Shown piece after piece: positions 27,522 through 38,035 of a stretch of DNA of 64,000 nt. Source of the DNA: Salinarimonadaceae bacterium (lineage in GTDB: Bacteria; Pseudomonadota; Alphaproteobacteria; Rhizobiales; Beijerinckiaceae). The notes beneath the pieces were generated by a model. It ran no database searches, was not told the DNA's origin, and saw nothing but the letters and a program-made list of their open reading frames with translations. The DNA lies in NCBI GenBank assembly GCA_007693435.1, contig REDO01000057.1:9010-73009 (forward strand), given 5' to 3'. Every line of letters begins with the position of its first letter. The first letter of the stretch is position 1. A program made the position numbers and the translations under genes.

Positions 27522-28457
27522 TCAGCCGACGAGCTTGCCGGCGCGGGAATCGTGGCGCGCGACGCGAGCCAGCAGATACTCGATCTCGGAGCGCGCGGCC
27601 GGGGTTATGGCGGAGCCCGGCTTGCGCTGGGCGTCCGAGGCGATGATCCCGCGCCGCTTCATCACGTATTTGCGCACGGCGAGGCCGACGCCGAGCTGCT
27701 GCTCGTAGCGGATCATCGGCAAATGGGCGTCGAACAGGTCATGCGCGTCGTCGCGTTTGCCAGCCGCCGACATGTTGACGACATCGACGAGCATGTCGAG
27801 GAAGGCGTATCCCGTCATCGCGCCGTCTGCGCCGCGCTCCATCTCGAAATCGATGAACATGCCGCCATTGCCGCACAGAATGGAGATATGGCGCATCGAG
27901 CCCTCCTGCTCGAAGCGGCGGAGCGCCGAGATCTTCTCGAGTCCGGGCCAATCCTCGTGCTTGAGCATGACGACGGACGGGTTGTCCTCGACGATCCGGC
28001 GGATGACGCCGGGCGTCATCACGACGCCGAGCGTGAGCGGATAATCCTGCACCACGACGGGAATGTCGGTCCCGATCGCCTCGATGGCCTGGGCGTAATA
28101 CGTCACGATCTGGTCGTCGGTCTTGAGCGAGGGCGCCGGCGCGATCATCACGCCGGCGGCTCCCGCCTCCATCGACGCGCGCGACAGGGCCCGCATCGCA
28201 GCGAAGCCCGGCGAGGAAACGCCGACCACGATTTTCGCCGCGCCGGCGCGGCGGATCACGCGCTTCGCCACGTCGAGCGCTTCAGACGCATCGAGCTTGG
28301 GCGCCTCGCCCATGATGCCGAGCACCGTGATCCCCGTGCAGCCGGCCTCCAGATAGAAATCGGTCATCGAATCGACCGAGGCCTCGTCAATGCGGCCGTC
28401 GGGATGGAAGGGGGTCGGCGCGATGGCGTAGACGCCCATGGCGTTCGCGTCGATCAT
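27522..28457 (-). CDS. dihydrodipicolinate synthase-family (DapA/NAL-like) lyase
   Basis: GVYAIAPTPFHPDGRIDEASVDSMTDFYLEAGCTGITVLGIMGEAPKL and an overall class I aldolase layout are present. I placed the start at the internal ATG (MIDANAMG). The specific substrate is unknown. Confidence 0.75.
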   Translation of the reverse strand: MIDANAMGVYAIAPTPFHPDGRIDEASVDSMTDFYLEAGCTGITVLGIMGEAPKLDASEALDVAKRVIRRAGAAKIVVGVSSPGFAAMRALSRASMEAGAAGVMIAPAPSLKTDDQIVTYYAQAIEAIGTDIPVVVQDYPLTLGVVMTPGVIRRIVEDNPSVVMLKHEDWPGLEKISALRRFEQEGSMRHISILCGNGGMFIDFEMERGADGAMTGYAFLDMLVDVVNMSAAGKRDDAHDLFDAHLPMIRYEQQLGVGLAVRKYVMKRRGIIASDAQRKPGSAITPAARSEIEYLLARVARHDSRAGKLVG

Positions 28458-28726
28458 GGATGGGCGCTCCCTGCTGTGTCTCTGGCGCGCGCTGCGGGCG
28501 GCGACTTGGGCTTTTGTTAGGCTCCGCCGCTGGCGGGCGCAACCTCGGCTCGCCCCAAGGGGATTTGCGAGAAATCGCCGCCGGCGCCCATCAGCGCAGA
28601 GACGCGGGATCATTTTTCGTGTTTATGCCCAAGCGTCAGGCTTGCGGTCCGGGCGCGGCCCGTGCTCCCTAGGCGCTCCATCGTTTCGATGCGCACACGC
28701 GCTGCTTGCCTTCTCGAGGTCTGTCC

Positions 28727-29599
28727 ATGTCCCGTATCGTCTTCGTCAACGGCGCCTTCGTCCCCTACGAGGAGGCGAGCGTTCCGATCATGGATCGCGG
28801 CTTCCTGTTCGCGGACGGCATCTACGACGTCGCGGCGGTGATCGACGGCAAGCTCGTGGACAACGAGGCGCATCTCGCCCGCTTGGTGCGTTGCCTTCGC
28901 GATATCGGGATCGAGAGCCCCTACACGATCGAGGAATGGACCCGGCACGAGGAGGAGCTCGTCACGCGCAACGGCCTCTCGGAGGGGCTTGTCTACATGC
29001 AGGTCACGCGCGGCGTCTTCGAGCGCGACTTCGCGTTTCCGCCGGAGAGCGTCAAACCCACCGTCGTGATGTTCACGCAAGCCAAGAGCATCGCCAGCTC
29101 GAAGCTCGCCAAGACCGGAGCGGGCGTCATCACAACGCCGGACCTGCGCTGGAAGCGCCGCGACATCAAGTCGATCGCGCTGCTGGCTCAGGTATTGGCC
29201 AAGCAGGAAGCGGTGCGGGCGGGGGTGGCCGAGGCCTGGATGGTCGAGGAGGACGGCTATGTTACGGAAGGCGCGTCCTCGACGGCCTTCATCATCACCA
29301 GGGACGGGCGCATCGTCACGCGCCCGCTCTCGAACGCGATTCTGCCCGGGATCACCCGCCGCGCCGTGATGCGTCTCGCGGAAGAGCAGGGGCTGGCGGT
29401 CGAGGAGCGGCTCTTTACCGTCGCCGAGGCCCAGGACGCCGCCGAGGCCTTCTTCACGTCGGCTTCCGCCTTCGTCATGCCCGCCGTCACGATCGACGGA
29501 AAACCTGTCGGCGACGGCAAGCCCGGGCCGCTGACGAAGCGCCTGCGCGCGCTCTATCTGGACATGGCGGCGGCGAGCAACTCGGGGAACATGCGCTGA
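28727..29599 (+). CDS. dat: D-amino-acid aminotransferase (fold-type IV PLP enzyme)
   Basis: FVNGAFVPYEEASVPIMDRGFLFADGIYD is present. The catalytic-Lys region RRDIKSIALLAQVLAKQEA closely matches Bacillus D-AAT (IKSLNLLGAVLAKQEA) as I recall it. Confidence 0.8.
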   Translation: MSRIVFVNGAFVPYEEASVPIMDRGFLFADGIYDVAAVIDGKLVDNEAHLARLVRCLRDIGIESPYTIEEWTRHEEELVTRNGLSEGLVYMQVTRGVFERDFAFPPESVKPTVVMFTQAKSIASSKLAKTGAGVITTPDLRWKRRDIKSIALLAQVLAKQEAVRAGVAEAWMVEEDGYVTEGASSTAFIITRDGRIVTRPLSNAILPGITRRAVMRLAEEQGLAVEERLFTVAEAQDAAEAFFTSASAFVMPAVTIDGKPVGDGKPGPLTKRLRALYLDMAAASNSGNMR

Positions 29600-30528
29600 T
29601 GGCGAGGATCGTCAAAGTCGCGGCCGCGCAGCTCGGCCCTATCCAACTCGCCGATGACCGGGCCTCCGTCGTCGCGCGCATGATCGCCCTGATGGACGAA
29701 GCGGCGACGCAAGGCGCCGATCTCATCGTCTATCCGGAACTCGCCCTCACCACGTTCTTCCCGCGCTGGCACCACAAGGACCGCGCCGAGGCCGACCAAT
29801 GGTTCGAGCGCGAGATGCCCGGCCCGGAGACGCAACCGCTGTTCGACCGCGCGCGCGGACACGGCATGGCCATGTCCTTCGGCTACGCCGAGCTGACGCC
29901 GGAAGGCCGCCACTACAACACGTCGATCCTCGTCGACAAGGAAGGGGCGATCGTCGGCAAATACCGCAAGATCCACCTGCCGGGCCACGAGGAATTCGAT
30001 ACCGAACGCGCCTTCCAGCATCTCGAGAAGCGCTATTTCGAGCCCGGCGACCTCGGCTTTCCCGTCTGGCGCATGCTCGGCGGCGTGTTCGGGATGTGCA
30101 TCTGCAACGACCGCCGCTGGCCCGAGACCTACCGCGTCATGGGGCTTCAGGGCGTGGAGATGGTCGTGCTCGGCTACAACACCCCGTCCGTCAACTCGCA
30201 GATGGGCGAGGAGCGCATGGACAGCCGCCTCTTCCACCATCGCCTGTCGGTGCAGGCGGGCGCCTACCAGAACGCGACCTGGGTCGTGGCGGTGGCGAAG
30301 GCCGGCGAGGAGGACGGGCATCATCTGATGGGCGGAACGATGATCGTCGATCCCAACGGTTTCATCGCGGCCGAACTTCCCGGCGAGGATGACGGCGTGA
30401 TCGTCCACGCCTGCGACCTCGACGCGACGCGCTTCGGCAAGGAGACGATTTTCGATTTCGCGCGCCACCGGCGCATCGAGCACTACGGCCTGATCACGCA
30501 GCGCACGGGCGCCGAACCGCCCCCGTGA
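29599..30528 (+). CDS. N-carbamoyl-D-amino-acid hydrolase (D-carbamoylase, nitrilase superfamily)
   Basis: It is near-collinear with Agrobacterium DCase as I recall it: LIVYPELALTTFFPRWH (Glu), GKYRKIHLPGH (Lys), ICNDRRWPE (Cys), FQHLEKRYFEPGDLGFPV. The start ATG shares one base with the dat stop (TGATG). Confidence 0.9.
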   Translation: MARIVKVAAAQLGPIQLADDRASVVARMIALMDEAATQGADLIVYPELALTTFFPRWHHKDRAEADQWFEREMPGPETQPLFDRARGHGMAMSFGYAELTPEGRHYNTSILVDKEGAIVGKYRKIHLPGHEEFDTERAFQHLEKRYFEPGDLGFPVWRMLGGVFGMCICNDRRWPETYRVMGLQGVEMVVLGYNTPSVNSQMGEERMDSRLFHHRLSVQAGAYQNATWVVAVAKAGEEDGHHLMGGTMIVDPNGFIAAELPGEDDGVIVHACDLDATRFGKETIFDFARHRRIEHYGLITQRTGAEPPP

Positions 30529-30544
30529 GGGGGCGGCCCCGGGT

Positions 30545-31543
30545 TCAGGCGAAGAGTCTTTCGCCTTCCAGCCCCTCGTAGAGCTGCGCGACTTCTTCGG
30601 CGTAACCGTTGAACAGCATGGTGGGCCGCGTCTCGTTCGAGCCGATCATCCGCTCCGTGGCCTGGCTCCAGCGCGGGTGCGGGACGTCCGGGTTCACATT
30701 CGCCCAGAAGCCGTATTCCTGGGCGGCGAGCTCCTCCCAGAAGGACACCGGGCGCTCCTCGGTGAAGCTGATCTTCACGATCGACTTGACGCATTTGAAC
30801 CCGTATTTCCAAGGCGTGATGAGTCGCAAGGGAGCGCCGAACTGGTTGGCGATCGGCTTGCCGTAGACGCCCGTCACCATAAGGGTCAGATCGTTCGTCG
30901 CCTCGGCGATTGTGAGCCCTTCCGTATAGGGCCAGGGATACCAGCTCTGACGCTGCCCTACGGCGACCACCGGGTCCTGGAAAGTCTGCATCACGACGTA
31001 TTTCGCAGAGGAAAGCGGTCGCGCCATCGACACGAGATCCGCCATGCGGAAACCCGTCCAGGGCACGGCCATCGCCCAAGCCTCGACGCAACGGAAGCGA
31101 TAAAGCCGCTCCTCGAGCGTCATGCGACGGATCAACGTGTCGATGTCGATCTCCATCGGCTCCTCGACAAGCCCGTCGATCGACAACATCCACGGTCGCG
31201 TCCTCAGCGCCTGCGCCTCGGCGGCGACGCGTTTGGAGGAGCCGAACTCGTAAAAATTGTTATAGTTGGAGGCGACCGTTTCGTCGGTGACGGCGCGGTC
31301 CAGCGTGAAAGCCTCGTTGCGCGCCGCCGGATACAAATCGAGCGTCTGATCGGTTTCCTGCGCCACGAATATCTCTTCGTCGTCGCCCGCGCCGAAGATT
31401 CCCGCCCCGAACACCCCGGCGCCAATCGCGCCGGCGCCGACGACGCCGGCGCCGATCATCAGATTGCGTCGATTGAAGAAAACGTGTTCGGGCGTCGCCG
31501 CGCTCTCCGGCAGCTCCCACCTGCGCTTCTTCTTGATGAACAT
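30545..31543 (-). CDS. msrP: protein-methionine-sulfoxide reductase catalytic subunit MsrP (YedY, molybdopterin), Tat-exported
   Basis: The twin-arginine signal FNRRNLMIGAGVVGAGA is present. Conserved motifs include NNFYEFG, RFRCVEAWAM, GAPLRLITPWKYGFK and PHPRWSQATER. I placed the start at MFIKKKRRW. Confidence 0.85.
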   Translation of the reverse strand: MFIKKKRRWELPESAATPEHVFFNRRNLMIGAGVVGAGAIGAGVFGAGIFGAGDDEEIFVAQETDQTLDLYPAARNEAFTLDRAVTDETVASNYNNFYEFGSSKRVAAEAQALRTRPWMLSIDGLVEEPMEIDIDTLIRRMTLEERLYRFRCVEAWAMAVPWTGFRMADLVSMARPLSSAKYVVMQTFQDPVVAVGQRQSWYPWPYTEGLTIAEATNDLTLMVTGVYGKPIANQFGAPLRLITPWKYGFKCVKSIVKISFTEERPVSFWEELAAQEYGFWANVNPDVPHPRWSQATERMIGSNETRPTMLFNGYAEEVAQLYEGLEGERLFA

Positions 31544-31675
31544 CGCGTTCTCTCCTGCGCCGTCTCTCAAACGTAAGACGTAAGAGGAAGATGGCGCAGC
31601 CGGCGCGACGCGCAAGCGCGAAACGACGAAAGCCGGGTTGTTCTCACGCATTCGTCATCGCAAGACAACCACGAA

Positions 31676-31707
31676 GAAGGCCGCGCGACCATTCGGGCGC
31701 GGCCTTC
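31676..31707 (-). terminator. hairpin terminator downstream of argG
   Basis: A perfect 11-bp stem GAAGGCCGCGC / GCGCGGCCTTC with a 10-nt loop lies 27 nt after the argG stop. The downstream U-tract is weak (TTCGTGGTTGTCTTG). Confidence 0.45.
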
Positions 31708-31733
31708 TCAAAATCCGCTGCGTGCGGCGCGGG

Positions 31734-32966
<1,233 letters not shown>

Positions 32967-33109
32967 GGACGGTCTCGATCTTTTTTTCGCCGACATGCAT
33001 CGGGAGGGTGAGTTTGCGCGTTTATAAGCCGAACGCCGTCGCACGCAACCGACTTGCAGGAGGGAGCGGAAGCGGCGATGTTGACCCTGCGAAGATGAAG
33101 GAAGCCCTG

Positions 33110-33733
33110 ATGGCCCGACTTCCCGTTATCGAGTTCTGGTACGAGTTCGCCTCCACATATTCCTATCTTTCGGCGATGCGGATCGAGGACGCGGCGACGG
33201 CGGCGGGGGTCGATATCCGCTGGCGGCCATTCCTGCTCGGGCCGATCTTCTCCACGCAGGGGTGGAACACTTCGCCGTTCAACATCTATCCCGCGAAGGG
33301 GCGCTACATGTGGCGCGACATGGAGCGAGAGGCGGCGCGCACCGGCCTTCGACTGCGGCGGCCGGCGCCCTTTCCGCAGAACAGCCTGACGGCGACGCGC
33401 GTGGCGCTGCTCGGCGCGGACGAGCCCTGGGGCCCGACCTTCTCCCGCGCAGTCTTCGACAAGGCCTTCGGCGAGGGTCTTTCCATCGAGGAGCCGTCCG
33501 CGATCCGCGACCTCGTCGCGCTGGTGGGGCTCGACTCGGACTCGATCATGCGCAACGCCACGGCGGAGGCCAACAAGACTCGCCTTCGCGCCGTCACCGA
33601 GGAGGCCCGGTCTCGGGGATTGTTCGGCGCGCCGACCTTCTTCACCGAGGACGGCGAAATGTTCTGGGGCAACGACAGGCTCGATCAGGCTCTCGCCTGG
33701 GCGACGGGAGATCGCCCCTCGGGCGTACGTTGA
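33110..33733 (+). CDS. 2-hydroxychromene-2-carboxylate isomerase-family (DsbA-like/kappa-GST) protein
   Basis: [25 protein letters not shown]...[12 protein letters not shown] ... [25 protein letters not shown] is typical of the HCCA-isomerase family. An alternative ATG lies at 33095. Confidence 0.8.
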   Translation: MARLPVIEFWYEFASTYSYLSAMRIEDAATAAGVDIRWRPFLLGPIFSTQGWNTSPFNIYPAKGRYMWRDMEREAARTGLRLRRPAPFPQNSLTATRVALLGADEPWGPTFSRAVFDKAFGEGLSIEEPSAIRDLVALVGLDSDSIMRNATAEANKTRLRAVTEEARSRGLFGAPTFFTEDGEMFWGNDRLDQALAWATGDRPSGVR

Positions 33734-34033
33734 AATAGAAGTATTTTTCGCATTTTTAAGAAGATTTACGCTGAGAGTCATGTATCGGCGCAATCGATCG
33801 CATCCTGACTATTCCCTGAATTTCGCCCGCGTCTTCATCGGATTTGTTTCCCGAATAACGGGAAAGTAAATACGCTTAACTCGATATTCTTGCTCGACCG
33901 GCAAAGTCTGAAACGCAGGATAGAGGCGCCCATCGGAGCTTCGATTGCGCGCCCAGCTTCAATCCGCCCTGGCGGGTTTACGCGACCGTCTGCGCCAGCC
34001 GGCGACGCCGCCGCTCGGTTACCGTGTCGGCGC

Positions 34034-34207
34034 GCCGCCCTCGCCTTCGAGCTGATCGAGTCGATCTTTCTCGACGACGACCCCGAAATCGTGCGCGATA
34101 TCGCTTCCGTGAAGGAGCTGGGCATCGAGATCGACGATTTCGGCACGGGCTACGCCTTCGCGCGCCCGATGCCGGCCGCAGAACTCTCCGAATTCGTCCG
34201 TGCCCAG
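34034..34207 (+). pseudogene. remnant of an EAL (c-di-GMP phosphodiesterase) domain with a large internal deletion
   Basis: The translation ALAFELIESIFLDDDPEIVRDIASVKELGIEIDDFGTGY runs straight into AFARPMPAAELSEFV. That joins the EAL motifs E(L/I)TES and DDFGTGY directly to the extreme C-terminal (QG)YxFxRPxPxxE motif. The central about 100 residues and everything N-terminal are missing. Confidence 0.6.
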
Positions 34208-34278
34208 CAATGGCGGATCGGCGGTCTTAGGGGCGTTGCAAGCGCGGCCGGCGCCCTCGGGCGGGCGCGTCAAACGCG

Positions 34279-34452
34279 TCAAAAAAGTCGGCTGACCTCG
34301 GCGCGCTCGTCGGCCGCCTTCGGCGCTTCGCGGCGACATCGCTCCGAACAATAGCGGACGTTCTCCCAGTCGCGCTCCCATTTCCTGCGCCATGCGAATG
34401 GCCGCTTGCAGACCGGGCAGGTCTTCGTCGGCAGTTCGGACTTCTCGCGCAT
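34279..34452 (-). CDS. DUF2256-family small zinc-ribbon protein (57 aa; below the ORF-track cutoff)
   Basis: My translation is [57 protein letters not shown]. The CxxC ... YCSxRCR pattern and length match DUF2256 as I recall it. Confidence 0.7.
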   Translation of the reverse strand: MREKSELPTKTCPVCKRPFAWRRKWERDWENVRYCSERCRREAPKAADERAEVSRLF

Positions 34453-34483
34453 CTTCACGGCGCAGGCTCCTGCGGCGCGGGCC

Positions 34484-36019
34484 TTACGGCGCGCGCCCGC
34501 CGTAGAGCCGCGCGGCGTCGTCGCGGAAAGCGCGGCGGGATTCGTCGCGCGTGTAGAACATATGGCCGCCGGGATAGTTTTCGAGCCTCACCCGGCCGTC
34601 GAAATCGCGCACCTGGCGCAGGACCAGCGCACTCTCGAAATAGGGGGTTACGAGGTCGGTGTACCCATGGACGACGAGCAGCTGGAAATCACCGTCGAGG
34701 GCCATGACGCGCCGAAGGGCGCTCACCGCTTCCGGCTGCGAGCGCCCCCTGCCCCAGCTCCAGGCGCGGCTGACGCCGGAATTGAGCAGGATATAGCGCC
34801 TCGACGGGCTCCATGAGAGCTTCTCGCCGTAGAGAGCGAGCATGCCGCTCGTCAGCGGCGCCGTCAGACCGTCGAGCACGGGATCTGCGGCCCGCACGAA
34901 GCCGGAAGCCGGCGCCGGATCGCCCGCCGTCACGCCGGCGTCGTAGAGACTGGCGATCGCATCGTCGTCGCGGGCGATCTCACGAGCGAAAAGCTGCATG
35001 TCGATACGCCCCGCGCGGCGACGGACGAGATCCGGATCGAGACCGGTCAGCGACGCGACGCGCTCGCTCGCCCGCGCCAGCGCCTCGTCGTCGCTCAGGC
35101 CGCGCATCAGGTCGGCGAGGTATTCGCCGGCCGCGTATTCCTCGACCTCGGCAAGCGCTTCACGAGAAAAGCCCCCTCGCCGCTCCATCGCCGCCGCCGC
35201 GAGCGAGGGCAGGAGCGAGACCTTCGGCAGGGGCGCGTAATCGGGCTGCTCGCGCCAGCCGAAATCGAGGACCGGCGAGAGAAGGGTCATGCCCGCAAGC
35301 GCCAGCCCGTAATCGGTCTGCAGCGACTCGGCGAGAAGCGGGCCGCGAAACCCGCCATAGCTCTCGCCGACGAAATATTTCGGCGATCCGACGCGGCCAT
35401 TCTCGACCAGCCAGCGATAGACGAACTCGGAAAGCGCCTCGATGTCGCCGTCGATCGACAGAAATTGGTTGCGCAATGCGCCGCTGGTGTTCGCAAGGCG
35501 GCTGAACCCCGTGCCGACCGGATCGACGAAGACGAGATCGGTGAAGGCGAGCCACGTCTCGGCGTTGTCGACGAGATCGACGGATTGCGAGGGCGTGATG
35601 GTCTCGAGCCCCACAGGCAGGCGCCACGGGCCGAGCGCGCCGATATTGAGATAGGCGGAGGCCGCGCCCGGCCCGCCGTTCACGGCGAAGGTGATCGGGC
35701 GACGCGCGCCGTCGTCGCCGTCGCCGTCGCGGAGATAGGCGACATAGGCGATGTCGGCGCGCGCGGCGCCCGCGTCGTCGACGAGGCGGATCGAGCCGGC
35801 GGTCGCCGTGAAGGCGAGCGGCCCCTCCTCCGTCTCGACCGTGTGACTCGTTGAGACCGCAGCCGGCAGCGGATCGCGCGCCGAAGCCTGCTCACGCGCC
35901 GAGGACTGCTCGCGCCCGCCTTCCTGCTGTTGCGCGCTGGCTGGCGGCGGCGCGCCAAGCGGCGCGAACGCGAGCGTCAGGGCGGCGAAGAATAGCAGGG
36001 CGGTGGCGAACTGGCGCAT
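34484..36019 (-). CDS. secreted S10-family serine carboxypeptidase-like protein
   Basis: A signal peptide ([17 protein letters not shown]), the nucleophile motif YFVGESYGG, and a C-terminal HGYTDLV / GGHMF (Asp/His region) are present. Confidence 0.75.
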   Translation of the reverse strand: MRQFATALLFFAALTLAFAPLGAPPPASAQQQEGGREQSSAREQASARDPLPAAVSTSHTVETEEGPLAFTATAGSIRLVDDAGAARADIAYVAYLRDGDGDDGARRPITFAVNGGPGAASAYLNIGALGPWRLPVGLETITPSQSVDLVDNAETWLAFTDLVFVDPVGTGFSRLANTSGALRNQFLSIDGDIEALSEFVYRWLVENGRVGSPKYFVGESYGGFRGPLLAESLQTDYGLALAGMTLLSPVLDFGWREQPDYAPLPKVSLLPSLAAAAMERRGGFSREALAEVEEYAAGEYLADLMRGLSDDEALARASERVASLTGLDPDLVRRRAGRIDMQLFAREIARDDDAIASLYDAGVTAGDPAPASGFVRAADPVLDGLTAPLTSGMLALYGEKLSWSPSRRYILLNSGVSRAWSWGRGRSQPEAVSALRRVMALDGDFQLLVVHGYTDLVTPYFESALVLRQVRDFDGRVRLENYPGGHMFYTRDESRRAFRDDAARLYGGRAP

Positions 36020-36098
36020 GGGGGTCTCCCTCCGGAATGACGGCTGGATGCGAAACTAGGGCGGGATCGGGTCGCGGACGTGGCGGCGGGCCAGCGCC

Positions 36099-36551
36099 TC
36101 ACGCCATTTTGTTCCAGCGTCCTCGCTCGTCCTGGCGCCAGTAGGTCGCCTCATGCCCGGCCGCCTTGACGGCGCGCCACTGTTCGCGAGCGCCCGCGAG
36201 CGCCGCATCGTCCTCACCGTCGAAGATGATCACGATGCGCGCGTAGCTCTGCGCGTCGGGCGGCGTCTGCGCGCCGTCGACGAGAAAGCGGATCTGCGCG
36301 CCGTTGGGATTGGCGGCGTCGCGGGCGAGCGCGACCGCATTCATCGCTGCGTCGGGCTCGTCGGCGAGGCCGTGGGTGATGAAGCTCTGCTCGTCGTAGG
36401 TCCACAGATGATCGTCGAGGGCGGCGAGGCGCTCGGCGTCGCCCGCCTGGACGACCGCCTTCCAGCCGCGCTCCAGCGACTTCTCCAGGAGCGTCGGCAG
36501 CACCTTTTCCAAGGGCTGTCCCTGCAGATGATAGAACAGGACTTCCGTCAT
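36099..36551 (-). CDS. holC: DNA polymerase III subunit chi
   Basis: MTEVLFYHLQGQPLEKVLPTLLEKSLERGW...LDDHLWTY is the typical HolC pattern in a 150-aa product. Confidence 0.85.
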   Translation of the reverse strand: MTEVLFYHLQGQPLEKVLPTLLEKSLERGWKAVVQAGDAERLAALDDHLWTYDEQSFITHGLADEPDAAMNAVALARDAANPNGAQIRFLVDGAQTPPDAQSYARIVIIFDGEDDAALAGAREQWRAVKAAGHEATYWRQDERGRWNKMA

Positions 36552-36636
36552 GCGCCCTGTATGGCGCGCGCGACAGCGCGCCGCAAGCGCGGCCAGCGGA
36601 TGTCGCGGCCGGACGCGAGGCCCGACCGCTCGCGCG

Positions 36637-38031
36637 TCAGAGCGCCTTGACGATCTCGTCGACCATCTTCTTGGCGTCGCCGAAGAGCATCATCGTATTG
36701 TCGCGGAAGAACAGTTCGTTCTCGACGCCGGCATATCCCGAACCCATGCCGCGCTTGATGAAGAGCACGGTCTTCGCCTTATCGACGTCGAGGATCGGCA
36801 TGCCGAAGATCGGCGATTGCGGATCGGTCTTCGCCGAGGGGTTGGTCACGTCGTTGGCGCCGATGACGAAGGCGACATCGGCCTGGGCGAATTCGCCGTT
36901 GATGTCCTCGAGCTCGAAAACCTCGTCATAGGGCACGTTCGCTTCCGCCAGCAGCACGTTCATATGACCCGGCATGCGGCCGGCGACCGGATGGATGGCG
37001 TATTTGACCTCGACGCCTTCATCCTTGAGCAATTCCGCCATCTCGCGCAGCGTGTGCTGCGCCTGCGCGACGGCCATGCCGTATCCCGGCACGATGATCA
37101 CCTTGGCCGCGTTCTTCATGATGAAGGCCGCATCGTCCGCCGAGCCCTGCTTGACAGGCCGCGTGTCGGCCGCGCCGGCGGCCGCGCCGTCCGTCTCGCC
37201 GCCGAAGCCGCCGAGGATCACGGAGATGAACGAGCGGTTCATCCCCTTGCACATGATGTAGGACAGGATCGCGCCGGAGGACCCGACGAGAGCGCCGGTG
37301 ATGATCAGCGCGAGGTTGCCGAGCGTGAAGCCGATGCCAGCGGCCGCCCAGCCCGAATAGGAGTTCAGCATCGACACGACGACCGGCATGTCCGCGCCGC
37401 CGATGGGGATGATGAGCAGGATTCCGAGCGCCAGCGCGATGATCACGATCAGCCAGAAGGCCATCGCGCTCTCGGTGGCGACGAAGACCGCCATCAGCAC
37501 CACGACCGCCCCGGCGAGGCTCGCATTGATGACATGGCGGGAGGGCAGCATGATCGGCTTGCCGGACATGCGTCCGTCCAGCTTCAGGAAGGCGATGACC
37601 GATCCCGTGTAGGTGATCGCGCCGATCGCGGCCCCGATCCCCATCTCGAACAGGGTCACGCCGCCGATGCCGCCACGCGGGCCGAGATCGAAGGCGAGCG
37701 GCGCGTAAAGCGCGGCCGCAGCCACGAGCACCGCCGCCATGCCGACGAGCGAGTGAAAGGCGGCGACGAGCTGCGGCATGGCCGTCATCGGCACGCGTCT
37801 GGCGATGACCGCGCCCGTGCTGCCGCCTATCGCGATGCCGACGATCACGAGCAGCCAGCCTCCCAGCGAGGGATTGGCGTAGACAAGCGTCGTCGCGACG
37901 GCGAGGCCCATGCCGATCATGCCGAACATGTTGCCCTGACGGGACGTGGTCGGATGGGAAAGGCCGCGCAGCGCCAGGATGAAGAGCACGCCCGAGACGA
38001 GATAGAGCAGGTTGGCGACGTTGGAGCTCAT
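36637..38031 (-). CDS. pntB: NAD(P) transhydrogenase subunit beta
   Basis: A multi-TM N-terminus precedes the dIII NADP(H) domain (IIVPGYGMAVAQAQH, HPVAGRMPGHMNVLLAEA, IGANDV). Confidence 0.95.
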   Translation of the reverse strand: MSSNVANLLYLVSGVLFILALRGLSHPTTSRQGNMFGMIGMGLAVATTLVYANPSLGGWLLVIVGIAIGGSTGAVIARRVPMTAMPQLVAAFHSLVGMAAVLVAAAALYAPLAFDLGPRGGIGGVTLFEMGIGAAIGAITYTGSVIAFLKLDGRMSGKPIMLPSRHVINASLAGAVVVLMAVFVATESAMAFWLIVIIALALGILLIIPIGGADMPVVVSMLNSYSGWAAAGIGFTLGNLALIITGALVGSSGAILSYIMCKGMNRSFISVILGGFGGETDGAAAGAADTRPVKQGSADDAAFIMKNAAKVIIVPGYGMAVAQAQHTLREMAELLKDEGVEVKYAIHPVAGRMPGHMNVLLAEANVPYDEVFELEDINGEFAQADVAFVIGANDVTNPSAKTDPQSPIFGMPILDVDKAKTVLFIKRGMGSGYAGVENELFFRDNTMMLFGDAKKMVDEIVKAL

Positions 38032-38035
38032 CGTC

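Noticed and set aside
28438-29598. N-terminal 387 aa of the 696-aa ORF containing the D-carbamoylase
   Set aside because: It overlaps the dat gene in another frame and the dapA-like gene in antisense. Carbamoylase homology starts exactly at MARIVKV (29599).
34019-34393. 124-aa minus-strand ORF
   Set aside because: It is an alternate frame of the DUF2256 gene region and antisense to the EAL remnant. The product is Arg/Gly/Pro-rich. The DUF2256 frame explains the region better.
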